Below are positions 40,465 through 49,214 of a DNA stretch of 64,000 bases, piece after piece; within the stretch, counting starts at the first letter, position 1; each line of letters starts with the position of its first letter. The notes below the pieces were generated by a model. It had not been told where the DNA came from. It saw only the letters and a list, made by a program, of their open reading frames with translations, and did not search any database. A program made the position numbers and the translations under genes. Source of the DNA: a candidate division FCPU426 bacterium (GTDB taxonomy: Bacteria > Oederibacteriota > PGYV01 > Palsa-1178); contig CAWIXE010000002.1 of the NCBI GenBank assembly GCA_963840035.1, forward strand, positions 512,001 to 576,000. Reading direction: 5' to 3'.

Positions 40465-41400
40465 ATGAGCATCGCACTTGTTTTCCCCGGCCAGGGCGCG
40501 CAGTACGTGGGCATGGGTTTTGATTTCTGCGAGGGCAATGAAAGGGCGCACGCGATTTTTGCGGCGGCCGAAGCCGCGCTCCGGAGCAAACTTGATATCC
40601 GTTTAAAAGATGTCATGTTCATCGGCCCGGAAGAGGAATTAAAGAAGACTGATTATACGCAGCCCGCGATTTTTACCATGAGCTGCGCCATATATGAGGC
40701 ATTAAAGGACAGGTTCGCCGGAAAAGTGGCTTACACGGCAGGGCACAGCCTTGGCGAGTACAGCGCGCTTTACGCGGCAGGGGCGTTTTCATTTGAAGAC
40801 GGCATCAAGCTCGTCAGCCGCAGGGGCGCTCTTATGCAGGAAGCCTCAGTTAAGAATAAAGGCGGCATGGCAGCGGTGCTCGGGCTTGATGACGCAAAGA
40901 TTAAAGACCTTTGTGATAAGGCTGGGGCAGCGGGATATATAACGGCAGCAAACCTGAACTCCCCGGGACAGGTGGTAGTATCAGGAAGTATTGAAGGAAT
41001 AGACGCCGGAGAGGCCATCGCAAAGGAACTCGGCGCGAAAAGGTATATTAAACTAGCTGTAGCCGGAGCGTTCCATTCAAAGTTAATGCAGAGCGCGGCA
41101 GACAGCCTGAAAACAGAGATATCCGGATTTGGAATTAAAGACGCGGCCATACCCGTTATTTCAAACTTCCTGGCAGGCGAAGTAAAGACCTCCGGGCAGA
41201 TTCAGGAAGCCCTTATTAACCAGATTACAGGTTCGGTACGCTGGGTCGAGTCAGTCCAGTATATGATATCAAAGGGCGTTGATACATTCGTTGAAATAGG
41301 CCCGGGATGCGTGCTCTCAGGCCTTATAAAGAAGATAGACAGGAATGTAAAGGCTTTTAACGTAGATAAGCTTACAGACGTGGATAAGCTGACAGTTTAA
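40465..41400 (+). CDS. fabD: Malonyl-CoA:ACP transacylase
   Basis: FPGQGAQ, GHSLGEY, AFHS. Confidence 0.97.
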   Translation: MSIALVFPGQGAQYVGMGFDFCEGNERAHAIFAAAEAALRSKLDIRLKDVMFIGPEEELKKTDYTQPAIFTMSCAIYEALKDRFAGKVAYTAGHSLGEYSALYAAGAFSFEDGIKLVSRRGALMQEASVKNKGGMAAVLGLDDAKIKDLCDKAGAAGYITAANLNSPGQVVVSGSIEGIDAGEAIAKELGAKRYIKLAVAGAFHSKLMQSAADSLKTEISGFGIKDAAIPVISNFLAGEVKTSGQIQEALINQITGSVRWVESVQYMISKGVDTFVEIGPGCVLSGLIKKIDRNVKAFNVDKLTDVDKLTV

Positions 41401-41401
41401 C

Positions 41402-41436
41402 CCGGAATCCAGAATCTAGAATATAGAATCCGGAAT
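41402..41436. repeat. One-sided heptamer array (NNRGAAT)
   Basis: ccggaat ccagaat ctagaat atagaat ccggaat, right after the fabD stop. Confidence 0.8.
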
Positions 41437-41453
41437 AAATTTTGGAGGTAATC

Positions 41454-42197
41454 ATGGGATTAGTTAGCGGTAAAGTAGCTTTAGTTACAGGCGGGGCGCA
41501 GGGTATTGGCGAGGCCATATCCATGACGCTCGCAAAAGAGGGCGCATCTGTAGCCATTCTCGACGTAAACCTTGAAAAAGCGCAGGAAACAGCGGCAAAC
41601 ATTAAAAAACTCGGGGTCGATTCCGAGGCGTTCAAATGTGACGTTTCTAACACAGCCGACGTTGAAGCAACAGTGGAAAAAGTGGTTGACAGGTTTAAAA
41701 AGATTGATATACTTGTCAACAATGCGGGCATCACAAGGGACAACCTGTTAGTCAGGATGACCGAGCAGGAATGGGACCTTGTAATAGCCATTAATTTAAA
41801 GGGCACTTTTAACTTTACGCAGAAGGTTGGCAAGTTAATGATGAAGCAGAGATGGGGTTCGATAATTAACATTTCTTCGGTTATCGGCCTCATGGGAAAT
41901 GCCGGACAGACCAATTACGCGGCTACAAAAGCCGGCGTTATCGGTATAACCAAATCTGTGGCCAAGGAACTTGGCGGACGTAATGTCCGCGTGAACGCCA
42001 TATGCCCGGGATACATCCAGACGGCTATGACGGATAAGCTCACTGAAGAGGTAAAGGCAAAGATGATCGAGTTGATACCGGCTAAAAAGATGGGAACGCC
42101 CCAGGACGTCGCGAACGCGGCGCTGTTTTTGGCTTCGGACCTTTCGGCATATACGACGGGCGAGACCATCAGAGTAGACGGCGGAATGGCGATGTAG
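41454..42197 (+). CDS. fabG: 3-oxoacyl-ACP reductase
   Basis: TGGAQGIG, NNAGITRD, YAATK. Confidence 0.97.
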   Translation: MGLVSGKVALVTGGAQGIGEAISMTLAKEGASVAILDVNLEKAQETAANIKKLGVDSEAFKCDVSNTADVEATVEKVVDRFKKIDILVNNAGITRDNLLVRMTEQEWDLVIAINLKGTFNFTQKVGKLMMKQRWGSIINISSVIGLMGNAGQTNYAATKAGVIGITKSVAKELGGRNVRVNAICPGYIQTAMTDKLTEEVKAKMIELIPAKKMGTPQDVANAALFLASDLSAYTTGETIRVDGGMAM

Positions 42198-42409
42198 CAG
42201 ATCGTAGCTGAGCCAAGCGCTTAAGCGCGCAGGCGAGGCGTACGAGATGCTATACCCGCTCAAGTCCGAGGAGCTTGCGACGAGGACAAGCGGTATAATA
42301 TATAATTACGCAGCAGACGTCGGACTACAAGCAGCGCTTTGCGCTGAAGAATATTAAAACAAATTAAAAACAAAAAAAGAAAGAAAACAAAATTCAGGAG
42401 GTTTTAGAA

Positions 42410-42649
42410 ATGGCAGACAAAACAGTAGAAGAAAGAGTAAAAGACGTAGTTGTAGCGCAGCTTGGCGTGGATCCTTCGGAAGCAAAACCGGAAGCTTCGT
42501 TTGTTGATGACCTTGGAGCCGATTCGCTCGATACAGTTGAGCTTGTTATGGCACTTGAAGAAGAATTCGGCCTGGAAATAGCCGATGAAGACGCCGAAAA
42601 GATCAAAACAGTCGGCGAAACGATTGAATTCGTTAAGTCAAAGATATAA
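42410..42649 (+). CDS. acpP: Acyl carrier protein
   Basis: [20 protein letters not shown]. Confidence 0.98.
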   Translation: MADKTVEERVKDVVVAQLGVDPSEAKPEASFVDDLGADSLDTVELVMALEEEFGLEIADEDAEKIKTVGETIEFVKSKI

Positions 42650-42680
42650 GGCTTAACAAAATCCAAATCAGAGGTTTCGC

Positions 42681-43925
42681 ATGAAGAATAAAAGAGTAGT
42701 AATTACCGGCATGGGCGTGATTACGCCCGTTGGTAACAATGTTAATGATACGTGGGCAGCCCTTTTAGAAGGCAAAAACGGCATAGGGCCGATAACGCAC
42801 TTTGACACTGCGAAATACAAGACCAGGATTGCCGGTACCATAAAGAACTTTGACGCCACAGAGGTTATGGATAAAAAGGAAATAAGGCGCACTCCGCTTT
42901 ATATCCAGCTGGGCTTAAAGGCGAGCAAAGAAGCCATTGAGCAGTCGGGGATACTGAATTTTCCCGGATTAAATAAGGACCGCGTAGCGGTGCTTATGGG
43001 CTCGGGCGTAGGCGGCATCAATGTAACGGAAGAGCAGCAGACCGTGCTCCTTGAAAAAGGACCGGACAGGATCTCACCGTTCCTTATCGCCATGCTTATA
43101 CCCAACATGGCGTCGGCATTTGTATCCATGAAGTACGGTTTCAGGGGGCCAAACATGTGCATAGTCACGGCATGCGCCACCGGAACCCATTCCATAGGCG
43201 AAGCCGCGAATATTATTCAGAGAGGCGACGCTGATGTGGCAATTGCAGGCGGTACTGAAGCCGCGATTACACCGCTCGGTTTAGCCGGATTCCAGGCAGC
43301 GAGAAGCTTATCGGAAAGAAATGACGACCCGGAGCACGCGTCCAGGCCTTTTGACAAAGACCGCGACGGGTTTGTCATGGCTGACGGTTCGGGCATGATG
43401 GTACTCGAGTCACTTGAACACGCACAGGCGCGCGGCGCGAAGATTCTTGCCGAGTACGCCGGTTATGGCGCTTCAGATGACGCTTACCACATGACAGCGC
43501 CTTCGGCTGACGGCGGCGGAGCCATACTGTGCATGAAAAACGCGTTGAATGACGCGGGCATCGGTGTCAACGACGTAAGCTATATCAACGCCCATGGTAC
43601 TTCCACTGAACTGAACGATAAGACAGAGTCACTGGCTGTGAGGACCCTTTTTGGGGCGCAGGCTTATAAGGTGCCGATATCATCGACAAAATCGATGACC
43701 GGACACATGCTCGGCGGAACAGGCGCTGTGGAAGCTATCATCTGCGCCATGTCCTGCATGAATAACGTTATCCATCCCACCAGGAACTTTGTTCAGGGCG
43801 GGGAAGGCTGCGACCTGGATTACGTGCCAAATACGAAAAGATCGCTTGAGGTAAACTACGCATTATCAAACTCTTTCGGTTTCGGGGGCCACAACGGCTC
43901 GATAATAATAAAGAAGTTCAGGTAA
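42681..43925 (+). CDS. fabF: 3-oxoacyl-ACP synthase II
   Basis: TACATG, NAHGTST, KSMTGH, SFGFGGHN. Confidence 0.97.
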   Translation: MKNKRVVITGMGVITPVGNNVNDTWAALLEGKNGIGPITHFDTAKYKTRIAGTIKNFDATEVMDKKEIRRTPLYIQLGLKASKEAIEQSGILNFPGLNKDRVAVLMGSGVGGINVTEEQQTVLLEKGPDRISPFLIAMLIPNMASAFVSMKYGFRGPNMCIVTACATGTHSIGEAANIIQRGDADVAIAGGTEAAITPLGLAGFQAARSLSERNDDPEHASRPFDKDRDGFVMADGSGMMVLESLEHAQARGAKILAEYAGYGASDDAYHMTAPSADGGGAILCMKNALNDAGIGVNDVSYINAHGTSTELNDKTESLAVRTLFGAQAYKVPISSTKSMTGHMLGGTGAVEAIICAMSCMNNVIHPTRNFVQGGEGCDLDYVPNTKRSLEVNYALSNSFGFGGHNGSIIIKKFR

Positions 43926-43939
43926 AAAAGGAAAGTTAC

Positions 43940-44599
43940 ATATTTTCCTACCTGCGTAAAAGCAGGCTGCTGAACTCCAAAGAAGTAAAGCAGGCGCTGA
44001 CACACAAGTCAGTGAATGATTTGCATTACGAAAGGCTTGAGTTCCTGGGTGATTCCATACTCGGGGCCGTGGTAAGCGATTTTCTTTACCATGAGATAAA
44101 ACAGCCTGACGTAGGCGCCATAGCCAAGCTTAAAGGGTACCTTGTAAGCAAAGAGGTGCTTTATAAGATAGGCGCTGAGAACCAGCTGGCCGGCCGTGTC
44201 AACTTAGGTTCGGCATTAAAGGTAAAGGACATCGAGAATAACAAGAAGATAATAAGCGATGTCATAGAGTCCATAATCGGGGCCATTTACCTTTTGAAAG
44301 GCTATCAGGAAGCAAGGAAGTTCATCCTGCATATTTACGAAGAAGAGTTTAAGGACCTTAAGTCCCGTACGGATTTCGGGGATTATAAGTCCGGGCTCCA
44401 GATAAAAGTGCTCGCAACCTCGGGGAAGCTGCCGGAGTATACGGTGGTAAAGTCCGAAGGCCGGGAGCACATAAAGGTTTTCTTTGTGGACGTTGCGGTA
44501 AACGGGGCGGTAATAGGCTCGGGTCAGGGAAAGACCATAAAGGAAGCTGAACAAATGGCGGCGCAGAGGGCCATGGAAAAAATGCTTAAGGAGGAATAA
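43940..44599 (+). CDS. rnc: Ribonuclease III (start uncertain; possibly ATA at 43940)
   Basis: ALTHKS (upstream of GTG 44012), ERLEFLGDS, DVIESIIGA, C-terminal dsRBD. Confidence 0.92.
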   Translation: MFSYLRKSRLLNSKEVKQALTHKSVNDLHYERLEFLGDSILGAVVSDFLYHEIKQPDVGAIAKLKGYLVSKEVLYKIGAENQLAGRVNLGSALKVKDIENNKKIISDVIESIIGAIYLLKGYQEARKFILHIYEEEFKDLKSRTDFGDYKSGLQIKVLATSGKLPEYTVVKSEGREHIKVFFVDVAVNGAVIGSGQGKTIKEAEQMAAQRAMEKMLKEE

Positions 44600-44604
44600 A
44601 AGAA

Positions 44605-45786
44605 ATGAATTATTTTTTATCAGAAGAAGAACAGATGATAGTGGATACATGCAGGGAGCTTGCCCAGAAAAAGATTAAGCCTGTCAGGGAACACTATGAC
44701 GAAGAGGGAATATTTCCCTGGGATATAGTAAAAGAAATGGCGGACCTCGGGCTCTGCGGACTTTACATACCCGAAGCGTACGGCGGCATGGCCACACCGG
44801 CATCAAACGGCAAAGGCATCATGCAGCTCGTGCTCGCGGTTGAAGAACTTTCGAAAGTTTGCGGCGGCATATCGCTTGCCATGGCAGCCACGGCGCTCGG
44901 CACATTCCCGATTCTTTTGGGAGCAACAGAAGCGCAGAAGAAAAAATACCTTCCAGACATAGCCTCGGGCAAAAAACTCGCGGCGTTCGGCCTTACTGAA
45001 GCTGACGCGGGCTCCGACGCCGGCTCCATGAGGACCACAGCCGTTAAAAAAGGCGACAAGTACATATTGAACGGGACAAAGCAGTGGATCACAAACGGCA
45101 GCGAAGCCGAGACCTACACCGTATTTGCCATGACTGACAAGGCAAAAGGCACCAGGGGCTGCTCCTGCTTCATAGTTGAAAAAGGATGGAAAGGCTTCAC
45201 ATTCGGAAAGAAAGAAAACAAGATGGGCATCAGGGCGTCGGCAACGACCGAACTGATTTTCCAGGATTGCGAAGTACCGGCTGAAAACCTGCTCGGCGGA
45301 AAAGAAGGCATGGGCTTCATCCACGCCGTATGGACACTGAACCACTCGAGGCCGGGAGTTGCGGCACAGGCATTGGGTATAGCCGCGGGCGCACTTGACG
45401 AAGCCCTGGCATACACAAGGCAGAGGGAACAGTTCGGTTCCAAGATATCGCAGTTCCAGGCTGTCCAGCATATACTCGCCAATATGGCGGTAGATGTTGA
45501 AGCGGCAAGGGCCCTCCTGTATCAGGTATCGCGTTCAGTTGACGCGGGCGCCGCTGATTTCGCTAAGGACTCGGCCATGGCAAAGTATTACGCTTCCGAA
45601 GTGGCCATGAGGGTCACGACAAACGCGGTCCAGCTTTTCGGCGGATACGGATACATGAAAGAGTACCCGGTAGAGAAGATGATGAGGGACGCGAAGATAA
45701 CCCAGATATATGAAGGAACAAGCCAGATACAGTTAAATGAGATAGCCGCGAAAATGATCAAGGAATCGGCGGCAAAGAAGAAATAA
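44605..45786 (+). CDS. Acyl-CoA dehydrogenase (butyryl-CoA dehydrogenase-like)
   Basis: FGLTEADAGSD, LNGTKQWITNG, GGYGY, IYEGTSQIQ. Confidence 0.93.
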   Translation: MNYFLSEEEQMIVDTCRELAQKKIKPVREHYDEEGIFPWDIVKEMADLGLCGLYIPEAYGGMATPASNGKGIMQLVLAVEELSKVCGGISLAMAATALGTFPILLGATEAQKKKYLPDIASGKKLAAFGLTEADAGSDAGSMRTTAVKKGDKYILNGTKQWITNGSEAETYTVFAMTDKAKGTRGCSCFIVEKGWKGFTFGKKENKMGIRASATTELIFQDCEVPAENLLGGKEGMGFIHAVWTLNHSRPGVAAQALGIAAGALDEALAYTRQREQFGSKISQFQAVQHILANMAVDVEAARALLYQVSRSVDAGAADFAKDSAMAKYYASEVAMRVTTNAVQLFGGYGYMKEYPVEKMMRDAKITQIYEGTSQIQLNEIAAKMIKESAAKKK

Positions 45787-45790
45787 AGAC

Positions 45791-45890
45791 AGTTCGGAGT
45801 TCGGAGGGTAGGGTTCGGAGTTCGGTCCGTTAGATCGAACTCCGAACTCCGAACTCCGAACCCCGAACTTCGAACTTCGAACTTCGAACT
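45791..45890. repeat. Inverted pair of heptamer arrays (AGTTCGR family)
   Basis: agttcgg agttcgg agggtag ggttcgg agttcgg / eight YCGAACY units at 45835-45890. Confidence 0.9.
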
Positions 45891-45912
45891 TATACTTTTA
45901 AGGAGGCACTAA

Positions 45913-46701
45913 ATGAGAATCGTTGTTTGCATTAAGCAGGTTCCTGACACGACTAACATCAAAGTCGACCCGGAAACAGGGACACTGAAAAGGGAGACCG
46001 CGGGTACGGTAATGAACCCCTTTGATATGTACGCTGTTGAAGAAGGATTGAGGATTAAAGAGAAAGTTGGAGGCACCGTTACAGTTGTAACCATGGGGCC
46101 GCCTATGGCGAAAGAAATGCTGAAGGTTACCATTGGAATGGGCGTTGATGAAGCAGTCCTTTTAAGCGACAGGCTCCTTGCCGGAAGCGACACATGGGCA
46201 ACATCATACGCGCTCGCCAAAGCGGCTGAGAAGATAGGCTGCGACATCATACTTTTTGGAAAGCAGGCAGTGGACGGGGACACGGCGCAGGTTGGCCCGT
46301 CAACGGCGCAGTACATGAAGATGCCTTCGCTTACATGGGTAAAGAAAATCAGGGAAATCAATGATAAAGAGATAGTTGTGGAAAGAATGATGGAAGACGG
46401 CATAGATGTGGTAAAAGCGACACTGCCGGTTGCCCTCACAGTGGTAAAAGAGATCAATGAACCAAGGCTCGAGTCATTAAAAGGCAAGATGCGCGCGAAG
46501 AAGTATGAACCCGCGGTTATGACGCTTGCCGATATTAACGGCGACGAGAAAATGGTCGGCGTTAAGAATTCCCCGACCAGGGTGGCAAAGAGCTGGAACG
46601 CAACAAGGGAAGCGGGCAAAGCCGAGATGATAGAGGGCGATGCGGCAACAAAGGCAGAAAATCTATTTGGCAAGCTTAAATCGCTTGGCCTCGTTAAATA
46701 A
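45913..46701 (+). CDS. etfB: Electron transfer flavoprotein beta subunit
   Basis: VCIKQVPDT, NPFD, GKQAVDGDTAQVG. Confidence 0.95.
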   Translation: MRIVVCIKQVPDTTNIKVDPETGTLKRETAGTVMNPFDMYAVEEGLRIKEKVGGTVTVVTMGPPMAKEMLKVTIGMGVDEAVLLSDRLLAGSDTWATSYALAKAAEKIGCDIILFGKQAVDGDTAQVGPSTAQYMKMPSLTWVKKIREINDKEIVVERMMEDGIDVVKATLPVALTVVKEINEPRLESLKGKMRAKKYEPAVMTLADINGDEKMVGVKNSPTRVAKSWNATREAGKAEMIEGDAATKAENLFGKLKSLGLVK

Positions 46702-46715
46702 GGGGGCACATACAC

Positions 46716-47723
46716 ATGGCTGAATTAAATAAAGCGGATTTTAAGGGAGTATGGGTTTTTGCCGAGCAGAGGCGCGGCGTACTTCATAAGGTTGATTTTG
46801 AGCTTTTAGGTAAAGGCAGGGAGCTGGCTGACCAGCTGAAGGTTGAGCTCGCGGCAGTCCTTATAGGAAACGGAATAAAGGCAAAGGCGCAGGACTTAAT
46901 CGCGGCCGGAGCGGACAAAGTATACGTGGTGGACGACCCGAAACTCGACCATTTCAATGACGAACTTTACGCCAATGTGCTTGCTGACGTGGCGGAACAG
47001 TTCAAGCCTGAGATTATCCTCACAGGCGCGACCGCTGTAGGCAGGGCGTTCTTTCCGAGGGTATCCATACTCTTAAACGCGGGCTTAACAGCTGACTGTA
47101 CGGGTTTTGAACTTGATATGGAAGCCAGGAACTTAATGCAGATCAGGCCGGCATTCGGCGGGTCTCTTATGGCAAAGATTATGACACCTGAGAGAAGGCC
47201 CCAGATGTCAACCGTCAGGTATAAAGTATTCAAACCGCTTACACCTGACGCGGCAAGGAAAGGCGAGATCATCGAACCGAAGATCAAACCGGAGAACCTC
47301 GAGTCAAAGTCGCATTTTGTTGAATTCATTGAGGAACTTGAGACGACAATAAACATCTCTGAAGCCGATATCATAGTATCGGGCGGAAGGGGCGTAGGAA
47401 GCGGAGAAAACTTCAAGCTGGTACGCGACCTCGCGCAGGCATTAGGCGGCGCAGTGGGAGCATCCAGGGCCGCGGTTGACTCAGGCTGGATCGCGTACTC
47501 GCATCAGGTAGGCCAGACTGGAAAGACCGTCTCGCCGAAGATCTACATCGCGTGCGGCATTTCAGGTTCAGTCCAGCACCTGGCGGGCATGCAGTCGTCG
47601 GATATTATCGTAGCGATAAACAAAGACCCGGAAGCGCCGATATTCGGAGTGGCAAAGTTCGGACTCGTTGGTGACTTAAACGAGATCCTCCCGGCGATAA
47701 CGGAAAGGCTGAAGAAGGGCTAA
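46716..47723 (+). CDS. etfA: Electron transfer flavoprotein alpha subunit
   Basis: GLTADCT, RPAFGG, VSGGRG, QVGQTGK, GISG..QH. Confidence 0.95.
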   Translation: MAELNKADFKGVWVFAEQRRGVLHKVDFELLGKGRELADQLKVELAAVLIGNGIKAKAQDLIAAGADKVYVVDDPKLDHFNDELYANVLADVAEQFKPEIILTGATAVGRAFFPRVSILLNAGLTADCTGFELDMEARNLMQIRPAFGGSLMAKIMTPERRPQMSTVRYKVFKPLTPDAARKGEIIEPKIKPENLESKSHFVEFIEELETTINISEADIIVSGGRGVGSGENFKLVRDLAQALGGAVGASRAAVDSGWIAYSHQVGQTGKTVSPKIYIACGISGSVQHLAGMQSSDIIVAINKDPEAPIFGVAKFGLVGDLNEILPAITERLKKG

Positions 47724-47753
47724 TTTTCAATTTTCGATTTTGAATTTTCAATT
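47722..47753. repeat. Short heptamer array (RATTTTS)
   Basis: aattttc aattttc gattttg aattttc, at the etfA stop. Confidence 0.6.
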
Positions 47754-47760
47754 AGATACG

Positions 47761-47788
47761 GGGCCGCCTGAAAAGGCGGCCCTTTTTT
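47761..47788 (+). terminator. Intrinsic terminator
   Basis: gggccgcct-gaaa-aggcggccc-tttttt. Confidence 0.88.
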
Positions 47789-47811
47789 ATTAGCATTTCA
47801 ATTACGTCCCT

Positions 47812-48357
47812 GTAGGGGCCGCCCCATGTGGCGGCCCGCACGGTGTTTCGCGTGACGGGTGGATGTGTCCTTGTAGGGGCGGACCTATGTGTCCGCCCGC
47901 ACAGCTTTTCGCGTGGCGGGTGGATGTGTTTTTTGAAGTAACAATGGCTTTGCTTGTATCCTGGCTTGAGATAATCAACATGGCTGGAGGAAGTGTGATG
48001 CTGGAAGGGTATCATTACGGATTGCTAAATTGGGAAGCAGTTGATTAGTCCGCAATCCTCCGAGCCCATACGTTCCTTCAAAAAGCCACATCCACCCGCC
48101 ACGCGCAGCGTTAAAACGCAAATGTGCTTTGTAACGCAATGATTCTAGATTCTTTGTGTTCCTGTAGGGGCCGCCCCCATGCTCGCCGGCTGAAGCTTCA
48201 GCGAAAGCCGGTGGCAGCCCGCAAGGAGGAACAACACAACACCGTTCTTTTTGTTAAGACTTTGATCTCGTAGGGGCGAGCCGGTGGCTCGCCCGGCCTT
48301 AGATCTAAACCCGGGCGAGCCACCGGCCATGTCCAGCGAAGCAGGACTCGCCCCTAC
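47812..48357. repeat. Complex REP cluster with an internal inverted repeat
   Basis: GTAG REPs at 47812, 47873, 48164, 48270 and a reverse REP at 48313-48357; inverted repeat 47910-47938 / 48076-48105. Confidence 0.82.
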
Positions 48358-48448
48358 GAAGGACTTTGATTATTGATTGGTAAAATTATACTTGATTCTC
48401 GTAATATTTTACGATATACTTGTTTTAGAAACGAACAAGGAGGTTTAC

Positions 48449-48685
48449 ATGAGCACCATCACCGTAACCCTAAAGATAGACAAAGAAAAGAAAAAAGCCT
48501 TTTACGACTTCTGCCACGAACAGGGCCTCATGGTAAACAAATTCTTCGAAAAAGCCGCTGAAAACGAGATAGAACGCTATTTACTTAACGAAAGCGCCAA
48601 TGTTTTCGCCGGGTATGAGAAGAAAAAGAAGGACGCCGTTGATTTTGACGAGGTTGTAAAGACGATAAAGGCCAAGAAGAAGTAA
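48449..48685 (+). CDS. Putative antitoxin (ribbon-helix-helix, RelB-like)
   Basis: 78 aa; TITVTLKIDKEKK strand then helices; aggaggt RBS; directly upstream of a small basic ORF. Confidence 0.55.
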   Translation: MSTITVTLKIDKEKKKAFYDFCHEQGLMVNKFFEKAAENEIERYLLNESANVFAGYEKKKKDAVDFDEVVKTIKAKKK

Positions 48686-48688
48686 CGG

Positions 48689-48988
48689 ATGCGGCTTGTT
48701 AAAATGCTCGCTGATTTCTTAAGGAAATTCCTCCTTCTGTCCGCGGAGGAACAGGCAATAATCACGCGAATCAGGGCGGATGTAGGCAGGAAAAGGGAAT
48801 ACAACAGAAGCGATGGTTTTGTCCGTCTAAAAAGTCCCTACGTCAAAACCGCGCAGCCATTCGTATACGAGCCATCTCTGGACACCCGTCTAAACAAGAT
48901 CCACATGACCGGTCCGTATTTTAGGGTTTGGTTTACAGTTGAAAAGAACGGGTATGTCTATTTTGTGAACTTTGCGAAAGTTGGATAG
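48689..48988 (+). CDS. Putative RelE/ParE-like toxin
   Basis: 99 aa, basic; C-terminal FRVWFTV...VYFVNF resembles the RelE yRiiy...v.il pattern. Confidence 0.45.
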   Translation: MRLVKMLADFLRKFLLLSAEEQAIITRIRADVGRKREYNRSDGFVRLKSPYVKTAQPFVYEPSLDTRLNKIHMTGPYFRVWFTVEKNGYVYFVNFAKVG

Positions 48989-49008
48989 ACCAATCTTTAA
49001 TTATAACA

Positions 49009-49036
49009 GCGGGTTCGAGTCCTGTTTTCCCCGCCA
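49009..49036 (+). other. tRNA 3'-end fragment (T arm, acceptor strand, CCA)
   Basis: GCGGG-TTCGAGT-CCTGT-TTTCCCC-G-CCA; no matching 5' half upstream. Confidence 0.6.
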
Positions 49037-49040
49037 TTGA

Positions 49041-49074
49041 AAAAGCCCTTCTCTTTAATTGGAGAAGGGCTTTT
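49041..49074. terminator. Intrinsic terminator
   Basis: aaaagcccttctc-tttaattg-gagaagggctttt. Confidence 0.85.
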
Positions 49075-49214
49075 CTCATTTAAAGACAGGGGTTTATTAA
49101 GCCGAGATTTTCACTGGTTTATCAAATAGGACTACCCAAAACAGCATCTTGAACTTTTATCTTTGTTTTTATCATTTGTGGTGATAAAATAAGTATCAGA
49201 TTAGCGGAGGGAAA

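Noticed and set aside
48961..49036. Complete tRNA gene
   Set aside because: Only the T arm and 3' acceptor strand are present; upstream sequence is the end of an ORF and cannot form the 5' acceptor strand or D arm.
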